NCBI GenBank assembly: GCA_964016885.1
Contig: OZ024742.1
Span: 169,694,001-169,758,000 of the forward strand
From: Eledone cirrhosa
Lineage: Eukaryota
Reading direction: 5' to 3'
Length of the DNA: 64,000 nucleotides
Shown here: in pieces, positions 15,001-26,955 of the stretch
Position numbering within the stretch: position 1 is the stretch's first letter
How the letters are laid out: every line of letters begins with the position of its first letter
Notes under the pieces: model-generated
Databases searched by the model: none
What the model saw: the letters and a program-made list of their open reading frames with translations, nothing else
Told to the model about the DNA's origin: nothing
Made by a program: the position numbers and the translations under genes

Positions 15001-18000
15001 TACTCCAGTTGTTGTTGTTGTTGTTGTTGTTACTACTACTCCTGTTGTTGTTACTCCACCTCCTGTTGTTGTTGTTGTTACTACTACTCCTGTTGTTGTT
15101 ACTACTACTCCTGTTGTTGTTACTACTACTCCTGTTGTTGTTACTACTACTCCTGTTGTTGTTACTACTACTCCTGTTGTTGTTACTACTACTCCTGTTG
15201 TTACTACTACTCCTGTTGTTGTTACTACTACTACTGTTGTTGTTACTACTACTCCAGTTGTTGTTGTTGTTGTTGTTGTTACTACTACTCCTGTTGTTGT
15301 TACTCCACCTCCTGTTGTTGTTGTTGTTACTACTGCTCCTGTTGTTGTTACTACTACTCCTGTTGTTGTTACTACTACTCCTGTTGTTGTTACTACTACT
15401 CCTGTTGTTGTTACTACTGCTCCTGTTGTTGTTACTACTACTCCAGTTGTTGTTACTACTACTCCTGTTGTTGTTACTACTACTCCAGTTGTTGTTACTA
15501 CTGCTCCTGTTGTTGTTACTACTACTCCAGTTGTTGTTACTACTACTCCAGTTGTTGTTACTACTACTCCTGTTGTTCTTACTACTACTCCAGTTGTTGT
15601 TACTACTACCCCTGTTGTTGTTACTACTACTCCAGTTGTTGTTGTTGTTGTTACTACTACTCCTGTTGTTGTTACTACTACTCCAGTTGTTGTTACTACT
15701 ACTCCTGTTGTTGTTACTACTACTCCTGTTGATGTTACTACTACTCCTGTTGTTGTTGTTGTTGTTACTACTACTCCTGTTGTTGTTACTACTACTCCTG
15801 TTGTTGTTACTACTACTCCAGTTGTTGTTACTACTACTCCAGTTGTTGTTACTACTACTCCTGTTGTTGTTACTACTACTCCAGTTGTTGTTGTTACTAC
15901 TACTCCAGTTGTTGTTACTACTACTCCTGTTGTTGTTACTACTACTCCAGTTGTTGTTGTTACTAGTACTCCAGTTGTTGTTACTACTACTCCAGATGTT
16001 GTTACTACTACTCCTGTTGTTGTTACTACTACTCCAGTTGTTGTTACTACTACTCCTGTTGTTGTTACTACTGCTCCTGTTGTTGTTACTACTGCTCCAG
16101 TTGTTGTTACTACTGCTCCTGTTGTTGTTACTACTACCTGTTGTTGTTACTACTACACCTGTTGTTGTTACTACTACTCCAGTTGTTGTTACTACTGCTC
16201 CAGTTGTTGTTACTACTGCTCCAGTTGTTGTTATTACTGCTCCAGTTGTTGTTATTACTGCTCCAGTTGTTGTTACTACTACTCCTGTTGTTGTTACTAC
16301 TACTCCTGTTGTTGTTGTTGTTGTTACTACTGCTCCAGTTGTTGTTACTACTGCTCCTGTTGTTGTTACTACTACTCCAGTTGTTGTTACTACTACTCCA
16401 GTTGTTGTTACTACTGCTCCTGTTGTTGTTACTACTACTCCAGTTGTTGTTACTACTACTCCTGTTGTTGTTACTACTACTCCAGTTGTTGTTACTACTG
16501 CTCCTGTTGTTGTTACTACTACTCCTGTTGTCGTTACTACTACTCCAGTTGTTGTTACTACTGCTCCTGTTGTTGTTACTACTACTCCTGTTGTTGTTAC
16601 TACTACTCCAGTTGTTGTTACTACTACTCATGTTGTTGTTACTACTACTCCTGTTGTTGTTACTTCTACTCCTGTTGTTGTTGTTGTTGTTACTACTCCT
16701 CCTGTTGTTGTTACTACTACTCCTGTTGTTGTTACTACTACTCCAGTTGTTGTTGTTGTTGTTACTACTACTCCTGTTGTTGTTACTACTACTCCTGTTG
16801 TTGTTACTTCTACTCCTGTTGTTGTTGTTGTTGTTGTTACTACTCCTCCTGTTGTTGTTACTACTACTCCTGTTGTTACTACTACTCCAGTTGTTGTTAC
16901 TACTACTCCAGTTGTTGTTACTACTACTCCTGTTGTTACTACTACTCCTGTTGTTACTACTACTCCTGTTGTTGTTACTACTACTCCTGTTGTTGTTACT
17001 ACTACTCCTGTTGTTGTTACTACTACTCCAGTTGTTGTTGTTACTACTCCTGTTGTTGTTACTACTACTCCTGTTGATGTTACTACTACTCCTGTTGTTG
17101 TTGTTGTTGTTACTACTACTCCTGTTGTTGTTACTACTACTCCTGTTGTTGTTACTACTACTCCAGTTGTTGTTACTACTTCTCCAGTTGTTGTTGTTGT
17201 TGTTACTACTACTCCTGTTGTTGTTACTACTACTCCTGTTGTTGTTACTACTACTCCAGTTGTTGTTACTATAACTCCAGTTGTTGTTACTACTGCTCCA
17301 GTTGTTGTTACTACTGCTCCTGTTGTTGTTACTACTACTCCAGTTGTTGTTACTACTACTCCTGTTGTTGTTGTTGTTACTACTTCTCCTGTTGTTGTTA
17401 CTACTACTCCAGTTGTTACTACTGCTCCTGTTGTTGTTACTACTGCTCCTGTTGTTGTTACTACTACTCCAGTTGTTACTACTGCTCCAGTTGTTGTTAC
17501 TACCGCTCCTGTTGTTGTTACTACTACTCCAGTTGTTGTTGTTGTTATTACTACTACTCCTGTTGTTGTTACTACTACTCCAGTTGTTGTTACTACTGCT
17601 CCTGTTGTTGTTACTACTACTCCAGTTGTTGTTGTTGTTACTACTACTCCTGTTGTTGTTACTACTCCTCCTGTTGTTGTTACTACTACTCCAGTTGTTG
17701 TTGTTGTTGTTGTTGTTACTACTACTCCTGTTGTTGTTGTTGTTGTTGTTGTTACTACTACTCCTGTTGTTGTTACTCCACCTCCTGTTGTTGTTGTTGT
17801 TACTACTACTCCTGTTGTTGTTACTACTACTCCTGTTGTTGTTACTACTACTCCTGTTGTTGTTACTACTACACCTGTTGTTGTTACTACTACTCCTGTT
17901 GTTGTTACTACTACTCCTGTTGTTGTTACTACTACTCCTGTTGTTGTTACTACTACTCCTGTTGTTGTTACTACTACTCCAGTTGTTGTTGTTGTTGTTG

Positions 18001-19303
18001 TTACTACTACTCCTGTTGTTGTTACTCCACCTCCTGTTGTTGTTGTTGTTACTACTACTCCTGTTGTTGTTACTACTACTCCTGTTGTTGTTACTACTAC
18101 TCCTGTTGTTGTTACTACTACTACTCCTGTTGTTGTTACTACTACTCCTGTTGTTGTTACTACTACTCCAGTTGTTGTTGTTGTTGTTGTTGTTACTACT
18201 ACTCCTGTTGTTGTTACTCCACCTCCTGTTGTTGTTGTTGTTACTACTACTCCTGTTGTTGTTACTACTACTACTCCTGTTGTTGTTACTACTACTCCTG
18301 TTGTTGTTACTACTACTCCAGTTGTTGTTGTTGTTGTTGTTGTTACTACTACTCCTGTTGTTGTTACTCCACCTCCTGTTGTTGTTGTTGTTACTACTAC
18401 TCCTGTTGTTGTTACTACTACTCCTGTTGTTGTTACTACTACACCTGTTGTTGTTACTACTACTCCAGTTGTTGTTACTACTACTCCTGTTGTTACTACT
18501 ACCTGTTGTTGTTACTACTACACCTGTTGGTGTTACTACTACACTTGTTGTTGTTACTACTACTCCTGTTGTTATTACTACTACTCCTGTTGTTGTTACT
18601 ACTACTCCTGTTGTTGTTACTACTACTCCTGTTGTTGTTACTACTACTCCTGTTGTTGTGACTACTACACCTGTTGTTGTTACTACTACTCCAGTTGTTG
18701 TTGTTGTTACTACTACTCCTGTTGTTGTTACTACTACTCCTGTTGTTGTTACTACTACTCCTGTTGTTGTTACTACTACTCCTGTTGTTGTTACTACTAC
18801 TCCTGTTGTTGTTACTACTACACCTGTTGTTGTTACTACTACTCCAGTTGTTGTTGTTGTTGTTACTACTACTCCTGTTGTTGTTACTACTACTCCTGTT
18901 GTTGTTACTACTACTCCTGTTGTTGTTACTACTACTCCAGTTGTTGTTACTACTACTCCTGTTGTTACTACTGCTCCTGTTTTTGTTGTTGTTGTTACTA
19001 CTGCTCCAGTTGTTGTTACTACTGCTCCTGTTGTTGTTACTACTACTCCTGTTGTTGTTACTACTACTCCTTGTTGTTGTTACTACTACGCCAGTTTTTG
19101 TTACTACTACTCCTGTTGTTGTTACTACTACTCCAGTTGTTGTTACTACTACTCCTGTTGTTGTTACTACTACTCCTGTTGTTGTTACTACTACTCCAGT
19201 TGTTGTTGTTGTTGTTACTACTACTCCTGTTGTTGTTACTACTACTCCTGTTGTTGTTACTACTGCTCCTGTTGTTGTTGTTACTACTACTCCTGTTGTT
19301 GTT
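1..19303 (+). repeat. Giant 21-bp-unit tandem array (GTT)3(ACT)3CC(T/A) reading (PVVVTTT)n; candidate Thr/Pro/Val mucin-like repeat exon or codon-structured satellite, running off the left edge
   Basis: The unit is visible throughout. Length variants are nearly all whole triplets. Commonest variants are CCT/CCA and ACT/GCT. Frameshifts lie at ~3452, 9837, 11294, 11676, 13588, 16136, 18501 and 19072. The last segment continues ...PVVVLYIVSCNSIESI-stop (19342). The repeat itself is certain; coding status is not. Confidence 0.95.
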
Positions 19304-19382
19304 CTATATATTGTATCTTGTAATTCAATAGAATCAATATGAAGAATCACTTGTCAGTTTTAAACTGGTTTATACAACTGTA

Positions 19383-19852
19383 ATGGTGGTGGTGGTGATG
19401 GTGGTGGTGGTAGTGAGGATGATGATGGTTGTGGTGGTGGTAGTTTTAGTGAGGGTGATGGTGATGGTGGTAGTGTGGGGGATGATGGTTGTGGTGGTGG
19501 TAGTGTTAGTGAGGGTGATGTTCATTTTAGCGATAGTGGTTGTAGTGATGATGGTTGTGGTGGTGGGTCATTAATAGTTGTAGTGATGGTGGTGGTTGTG
19601 GTAGTAATGATGATGGGGATGCTGGTGGTGGTAGCCTTAGTGAGGGTGATAGTGGTGGTAGTGTTAGTGAGGGTGATGATGATGTTAGCGATGGTGGTTG
19701 TGGTGATAGGTCATTTGTGGTTGTAGTGATGGTGGTGGTAGTGGTAATAATGGAGGTTGTAGTGATGATGGTGGTAGTGATGGTGGTGGCAGCGTTAGTG
19801 AGAATGATGGTGGTTGTTGTAATGATGGTTGTGGTGATAGTGATGATGATGA
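19383..19852. repeat. Degenerate (GGT/GAT/GTA)n compound microsatellite
   Basis: Mixed GTG/GAT/GTA triplets with a recurring 'ttagtgagggtgat' motif. Confidence 0.85.
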
Positions 19853-20819
19853 TTTTTTTTATTGGCCACAAGGTCTAAGATATTCTGGGTTTACATAAGA
19901 ATCAGATGAGGTATACAGGAGAACCTCCAAATAGGGTCAATTGAATATGTCTAAGAAGGCCCTCTTATATAAAACTTTTCTTCTTCTTCTCCCACTCATT
20001 CTTGGGAGGGCCATGGGGGAAGAGTCTTCAAACACACTTTTCAGCAAGTCCTGCCAAAGTAAATTGTGGTGGAAATAGTTTCTAGTCATTTTGTTTCTGC
20101 TTATCATTGGTAATGTGGTTGGTGATAGGAAGGGCATTCAGCTGTAGAAACTACACCAAAAAAGAATGGAAAAGACTCTAGAGTTGTGTCAAGAGCATAG
20201 CAATCTTTCTAGTGTTGGTGACATGATAAAACACTCCCAGTACACTCTGTAAAGTGGATGGTGATAAAGTGGATAAAAGCTTCCAAACGAAGTGTAGAGA
20301 GAAGTGTTCAGTTGAGTCAAAGACATAACTTTCTTAATCCAGGTGTCATGATAAAATGTGCTGCGTACTCTGTAGAGTAGGGATCTCAAACTCAAGAGCT
20401 CAAATAGGTCATTACGTCCTGGAGGAGAGGTACAGTTGGTCAAAGGTGTGGTGGGGGTAGGTGGTGATGATCTCCACCAGTTATAATGTTAATCTACAAT
20501 ACAGCTGATAGGCTGATATTTATTTATTTATTAAAAATCAAAACGAATATGCATATAATATGGGAATTAGTATGAAATATAGGGTGACAAATTTTTTGTT
20601 TCAAATATTTCTTAATTAGTCATGAAAATTGTTCTGCTAAGGCCATGGAAAAGTAGTTTGCAGGCTGCATGTTTGAGACCCTTGTTGTAGAGTGTGGGAA
20701 TGTATGTAAGAGAGACACAGGAGATCAGCCTTTCTAAGTGATCAATGGGTCTGATTGAGTACTGACTTGGTCTGTGACGAACCATCCAACCCTTGCAAGC
20801 AGGGAAAATAGTTGTTAAA

Positions 20820-20910
20820 TGAGGATGATGATGGTGATGGTGGTGGTGGTGGTGGTAGTGCCGATGATGATGATGATGATGACAAAGATGACGACGATGA
20901 TGATGATGGC
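20820..20910. repeat. (GAT)n/(GGT)n microsatellite
   Basis: Read directly from the sequence. Confidence 0.85.
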
Positions 20911-20956
20911 ATACCCTGTCATATATCAAACAAGCATGTCACTATAATCCAATAAT

Positions 20957-21137
20957 TGTTTCTACTTTTGGCACAAAGCCAGCAATTACCCAGTGTATTA
21001 CTGGTACTTTATTTTAACGACCCCGTAAGGATGAAAGGCAAAGTTAACCTCGGCAGGATTTGAACTCAGAATGGAAAGGGCCGTAACTCTTTGCGTCAAA
21101 CCATGGCATCTGACCTTCTACCGATACTGCCAATTCA
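20957..21137 (-). mobile_element. tRNA-derived SINE (Meta-like core) with 17-bp target-site duplication
   Basis: Minus strand has A-box-like TGGCAGTATCGG, B-box-like GAGTTCAAATCC and core GCCTTTCATCCTTACGGGGTCG...AAAGTACCAG. Direct repeat cactataatccaataat sits at 20940-20956 and 21138-21154. Confidence 0.88.
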
Positions 21138-21296
21138 CACTATAATCCAATAATGGACAGTGATATCATCACCTTATCTTGGACATGCTGTGTGTTAAGG
21201 GTCATCTCAGAACATATGGACATATGACAGTGAACAGGGATTGACTGGACAATGAATGATGGCACTGTTATTAACTGACAAGATGAAATAATCAAC

Positions 21297-21641
21297 ATGT
21301 ATGTATATAGGTATATGTGTGTATGTAAATATGATTGGGTGCATCTATGTATATATGTACATATGCATGTGTGAATATGTATGTATGCGTGTATGTGTGT
21401 ATGTAAATATGATTGTGTGTAGATATGTATGTTTATATGTATGTACATGCGTATGTACATCTGTATGTGGGTGTAAATATTTATGTGTGCATGCATATGT
21501 GTGTATGTACATATGTACATGTGTATGTGTGAATATGTGTATATACATCTGTATGTGGGTGTAAACATTTATGTGTGCACGCACGTGTGTATGTACATAT
21601 ATGTGTGTGTATGTATGTGTGTATATGTATATATGTGTATG
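21297..21641. repeat. Degenerate (TG/TA/TATG)n microsatellite
   Basis: Read directly from the sequence. Confidence 0.85.
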
Positions 21642-22250
21642 TCAGGTCACCAGTTGGTGCTACTGGTAACAGGTATTCCAGTACAACCTGTCCCATGGTC
21701 GGGTCGTTGGCGACTAAACTGGCAACCCCACCAAGGTTTCTTGGTGAGGAGGGTGACTTTGGACATCCTGCAGGACTAAAAACAAAACCTGTCAAAGGGC
21801 AAAGGAGCTCTTAAGAGTCAATGTCCATCCAAAATCACCGGGAGAGATGACCCCTTAGCCTTTGTCAAGGCAGAATTCTAGGAGAAGGAAAACTCTGATA
21901 TAACACCTGCAACTTTGATGGTATCCAATGATGTTGACTTGTTCTTCTTTTTGGTAAATATCATCTTGGTTAAGAGAGTAGGACTGGCTTTGTGCAGTGC
22001 CTTTGCTCACTATAAAAGCTTCACGGCACAGGCATTGCTTTATATCTGGAGATCTCTCTGCACTTGTCGTCACATGGTACCATGGGCCCAGCACTATGTG
22101 TCAGTAATTGTCACAAGTGTAGTGTTTGTACCAGAGTTTTCAAGTCGCTGGCTGGACTAAAAAGTCACACTCGTTCAGCGCATCGGTAGGGGTCCTCCTA
22201 CATGGATATAAAGTAGTGGCCGTACTCGAAAACGAGTTGGCAGCCACCAT
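21642..22250 (+). mobile_element. Short non-autonomous RTE-type derivative: 5'UTR-like segment joined to a 3' end with C-terminal C2H2 finger and terminal stem-loop
   Basis: 22118-22189 encodes CSVCTRVFKSLAGLKSHTRSAHR-stop, the kind of C2H2 finger that ends many RTE ORFs. A 3' hairpin GTGGC..CTCG-AAAA-CGAG..GCCAC lies at 22216-22247. The 5' part contains 'ctaggagaaggaaaactctga', which I recall from RTE 5' leaders but have not verified. Confidence 0.6.
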
Positions 22251-22292
22251 ATGTATATATATGTATGTATGCATATATGTATGTATATATAT

Positions 22293-24100
22293 GTTACCTC
22301 TTTCTCTTAATTTCGAGTATATTTTTTTGACCGGCCACCTTCCTGGTGGCAAGGTTGTAAAAGAAAAGAAATTGTTATCCTTTGAATCGCAAGAATGTTT
22401 TGCAAATTTTGTAGGTGCCAGCTATCGCAGCCATTTGTAGACTATGAATTAGGGAGCTGCGCTTTTTGTCCGCAAATCCAAGTTCAGTCATACTTTGGTC
22501 CAAGCGGGTTGGTATATAACCCGTAGCTCCAATAATGATGGGTATGAAGCTAAAGGTGTATCTTGGATACTGGATTTGTAAACTCATCAATGGTCCGTAG
22601 ATGTCCTCCTTCTCCTGCATTTTTCTGACAACGTTTGCATCAAGTAGGCAGCTGATCTCCACAACAGAACACGTTTTCAATGTGTGGTCCCAAACAACAA
22701 TATCAGGCCGGTTGTGCTTTAATTTGGTGGCAGTTTTTATTTTCAGGTTCCATCAGTATTCCTTAGTGCCATCTGTCTCAATATATTCTTCCTTGTTTGT
22801 TGTTAATTTTGTTTTCCAAAGTGTGTTCCAGATGGTTCTAGCTATCCCATCGTGTCTCATTGGGAGGTAGTAGCGAGATGACATTCTTTCGCAGCTGGCA
22901 ACAATGTGGCTTACATCCTCGATCTTTGTTTTACATAGCCTACATTTATTGTCAGCTGCTGGCCCTCCCCTTTTGTGCAGCAGATATTTGGTAGGGAGTT
23001 CTTGTTCCTGTATTGCATAGAGATATCCCTCAAGGCATGATGTCATAAACTTGTCGGAACTCCATGCCAGGCTTTTTGAGTGGTTTATCCCCTCTAAGGT
23101 CTGTGTTTTACGTCTCAAGTATCCATGCACAACTTTTTCTGTAAATTGGTCAATTTTTCTATCTTGTTTGAACATCGAATAGGATCTTCCGATTTCTCTG
23201 GGTGAGAGATTTATATCAGGCTTTATTCCATATCTCTCCTCCAGATCAGTCACTATTCTAATGATATTTTTTTTTTCATGCTCATAAACCTGGGCAAGAT
23301 GGTTGCCAACCTTTTTCCTCTGTTGAAGGTGTTGCTTCAGTGTTACTATCCGGGTCTCATATGTTGTTAATATGGATTTTAGACCCCGGCCACCTTCCTT
23401 GCGTGAGAAGTATAGCCTATCCACATCACCATTGATGTTATAGTTCCTAGTAACACTGAGAAGTTTGCGAGTTCTAACATCCATCTCACTTAGTTCTTGC
23501 AGTGACCAGTTCAGCAGGCCAAATGTTGGCATTAGAATTGGCACAGCATAAGTATTGTGGGCAATGTATTTGTTGTACGCTGACAGTTCTGATGACCATA
23601 TTTTCTTTACTCTTCTGAGGTATTCAGTTCTGGTTCTCTCCTTATTTATGGGTCCATCATATCTGACATTCTCATCCTGTCCAAGATATCTGTAGTTGTC
23701 ACCTGACTGTAGAGGTTGTATTGTCAGGCCATTTATCTCTAGATTTCTAGAGGAGGGCACAGCTCTTCCACGTATTACTGCCAAATATGCACACTTGGAC
23801 TCACTACATTTCATTTTAATGTCTGTTGAAAATTGTGTAATGAGGTCCAATTGTTTCTTGATGTCATTGATATTTGGCCCATACAACTTCAGGTCATCAA
23901 CAAAGAAAAGATGGGAGCTACTTCTGGACCCACTTCTTTGTCCACCTTGTTTCCTGAGTAGGTAAGATAGTGGATTTAGTGAGAGAATGAAGAGTAGCAC
24001 TGACAAGCTATCACCCTGAAAGATGCCCTTCTGGTAATGTATCTTATCAGTCTTAACTTGCTCCTTCTCACCTCTAAGGATCAAATTGGTGTACCAGTTC
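22293..24100 (-). mobile_element. 5'-truncated R4/Dong-type non-LTR retrotransposon (RT C-terminal half, CCHC finger, RLE endonuclease), disrupted
   Basis: Motifs GIFQGDSLS, HLFFVDDLKLY, YRYLG, RKEGGRGL, CRLC-x7-H-x4-C, RHD, then NRPDIVVW, VVEISC and FIPIIIGATG. Nonsense codon at 22753 and a frameshift near 22680. Flanked by (TATG)n tracts. Confidence 0.9.
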
Positions 24101-24364
24101 TTGTATGTATGTATGTATGTATGTATGCAGGCATGTATGTATATGTCTGTTGGTCTGTCTGTCTATGTATGTACATATATACTTATGTGTGTGTATATGA
24201 GTGTGTTCATATGTATGTATGTGTGTCTTTATGTATACATTAATTATTTTGTAAATGTAATTATGAAATATTTCTCGTTTGTTTAAGAACAAGCTGTCAC
24301 ACTTCACTTACAATAACTCCTGCCTATAATCAGTAAAGCAGTGTATGTAAATAGTGTATAATAA

Positions 24365-24545
24365 TTGTTTCTACTTTTGGCACAAGGCCAGCAATTACCC
24401 AGTGCATTACTGGTACTTTATTTTATCGACCCTGTAAGGATGAAAGGCAAAGTTAACCTCGGCGGGATTTGAACTCAGATCATAAAGGGACATAACTATG
24501 CTAGAAAGCATGGCGTCTGACCCTCTACCGATACTGCCAATTCAT
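24365..24545 (-). mobile_element. tRNA-derived SINE copy
   Basis: Same A/B boxes, core and tail as 20957-21137. Confidence 0.88.
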
Positions 24546-25399
24546 GTACAGTGCTCAGGTGCACTACAACTCATCAACGGTGCATGTATAGTACATATAA
24601 TAATGTAAAAAAGTCAGGAAAGTGAACAGTGTATGAGTCAAGATATACACACAGACACACACACATATGCATGCGTGTGTATGGAGGGGAATATCAGGTG
24701 TAGTGTTGGCAAATTCCAGGAAGCATGGAAGTTTTGAAGGATGCAGTGTCCCAACAGCTAACAACTGATGCATGTAGTTTGTTCCCTGCTTCAGCAACTC
24801 TGAAGCATGAAAAGAATGTTTCCAAAAGTCATGGGAGCTGTAGAGATATGTGGTGGAGGCATTCACTTCACATAGTTCCATGTAAATGTTTAAAGGTGTA
24901 TAGATATGTAGTTTAGTAGTTCTAGGTTTAACTATAATGTGTGGTAATTTGGGAAACTGTACTCTAACATAAAGACAGCAGATTGTTAGGGCACCATGCT
25001 AACATATTTTCCTGTATTCTGCAGAGTGCACCAGGTGCTTTTTTTATTCTGCCACCAACACTAAATAACTTGTCTTGTCTTCAACTCAGTGATAGTGATG
25101 ATAATTACTATGGGTGGTGGTAGGAGGCATATAGATGGGTCAGATTCTATTTTATATATGCATATATGTATGTTCTTCTGGTTTTATAATTTCACAAATT
25201 TTTGTCAATAGAGAGAGAGTCGGTTTCTAACATAGATACAAGACTCTCTCATTGGAATTTACACATCAACTAGGAAGATATGTCTGCATGTCTGCATGCA
25301 TGCGTGTGCAGGTATAGATGTTATTGTATGTGTGGATGTGGATGTTTTGAGTTGTATGTGTGAATGTGCATATGCTTTGTGTCTGTACAAGTGTATATG

Positions 25400-25870
25400 C
25401 AGTTATTAGATGCAGAATTTTTGGAATGTTTTACATATTAATGGATTGTACTTGTAATTTCCTAACTAGTCGTGTTCTTTCTATTTCTGTGAAGCCCAGC
25501 TTCTCAAGATTTGTATTGAGGCAGTTACTAACATACCCCAGTGCCCCAATAATCACAGGCATAAATCTGAAGGTATAGTCAGGGTGGAGTATCTACAGTT
25601 TTCTCATTAGTTCTGCATAGATATTCTCCTTTTCACTGATCTTTAATATCATATTGGCATCTGCTGGGCAGCTAACTTCCACTACTGTGCATGCCTTCTT
25701 TTCCCTGTCCCATATCATAATATCTGTTCTGTTATGCCTGCATTTTATCGGGGTTTTTACTGGAACATTCCACCAGTACTCTTTAATATGTATATATATG
25801 TCTTCCACATTGCTGTAGCTTTTAATGTGTTAATCATCGGGGCTATCTTTTCTATGGATTGCATTGTACA
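25400..25870 (-). mobile_element. Second R4/Dong-type RLE endonuclease fragment (decayed)
   Basis: EYWWNVPVKTPIKCRHNRTDIMIWD..CTVVEVSCP..KENIYAEL, then stop, then FMPVIIGALG. Parallels the translation of 22375-22760. Confidence 0.8.
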
Positions 25871-26045
25871 TTAGTTTGATATAGTAGGAAAAGAATCTTA
25901 ACGTTTAGTCCTTCATCAAGATAGAATATGAAATGTAAGAAATAGAAAGAAAGAAGAGGAAATAAATAAAAAGAATGGTGGGGGTGGTAAAAACATTTGT
26001 TCAGTTAGCTATTTGGGGAAAGTGATGTATGTATGTATGTATGTA

Positions 26046-26955
26046 CGAGGAGTGCCAGAAAAGTTCCAGGACTGATGGCACAAAAGATTTATTTCAAACC
26101 CAAACTTCACACTAAGAGTTTTCTCCTTCAAAGTAATCCCCCTGGAGTATGTAACTGTAATCTTAACTCACTGCAGCGATCAAACTTTTTTCTTCATAAT
26201 TTTATATACATGTCCTCTGTTTCAGGTCGTCAAGCAATGAGCAACGAACAAACTTGAAGTTTTTGTTACGGTTGGGGAAAACTCTGTCAGAAGCACTGGG
26301 ATTGCTGCAGCAAGTGTATGGAGATGAGACGATGTCACGCTCACGTGTTTTTGAGTGGTGCAAGAGGTTTAAAGAAGGGCGCGAGGACATGGAAGATGAC
26401 CCTAGGAGCGGAAGGCCCTCAACAACCAGGACTGAGGTCAACGTTGAGCGCGTCAGGCAGATGGTGTGTAGCGATCGTTGGCTGACTGTTCGACTGATGG
26501 CAAATGAGCTGGGCATGAATCGGGACAGTGTCTGGAAGATTCTCACTGAAGATTTGGACATGTGGAAAGTCTGTGTGAAGATGGTGCCAAAACTGCTGAA
26601 CGATGACCAGAAGGGTCGACGCATGCAAGTGTGCCAGGACATCCTCAAGCATCTTGAAACCAAACCAGACTTCCTAGGGACAGTCATCACCGGTGATGAG
26701 TCATGGATCTTTGAGTACGACCCGGAGGGGCCCCATTTTGAAGACGTGGACGACATCAAAAAGGCTGTGATGACGGAACTGCGGAGGATCCCGGAAGAAT
26801 CGTTCCAGGAGTACATGCAAGCATGGCAGAAAAGGATGGAAAAGTGCATTAGACTCCAGGGGAATTACTTTGAAGGAGAAAACTCTTAGTGTGAAGTTTG
26901 GGTTTGAAATAAATCTTTTGTGACATCAGTCCTGGAACTCTTCTGACACACCTCG
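26046..26955 (+). mobile_element. Mariner (Tc1/mariner) element with in-frame deletion of most of the catalytic domain, ~105-bp inverted ends and TA duplication
   Basis: ORF 26254-26889 has an HTH region (SRSRVFEWCKRF..DDPRSGRP), linker MVPKLL and first Asp motif TGDESW, then jumps to the C-terminus. TA at 26044-45 and 26956-57. Ends read cgagg...cctcg. Confidence 0.92.

Noticed and set aside
1-19303. Telomeric array
   Set aside because: No TTAGGG-type units, and the variation is triplet-structured.
3-19331. Poly-Leu, CCCYYYS and SSSNNNR ORFs in the track
   Set aside because: These are alternative frames of the 21-bp array, mostly with non-ATG starts and scattered stops. They are not independent genes.
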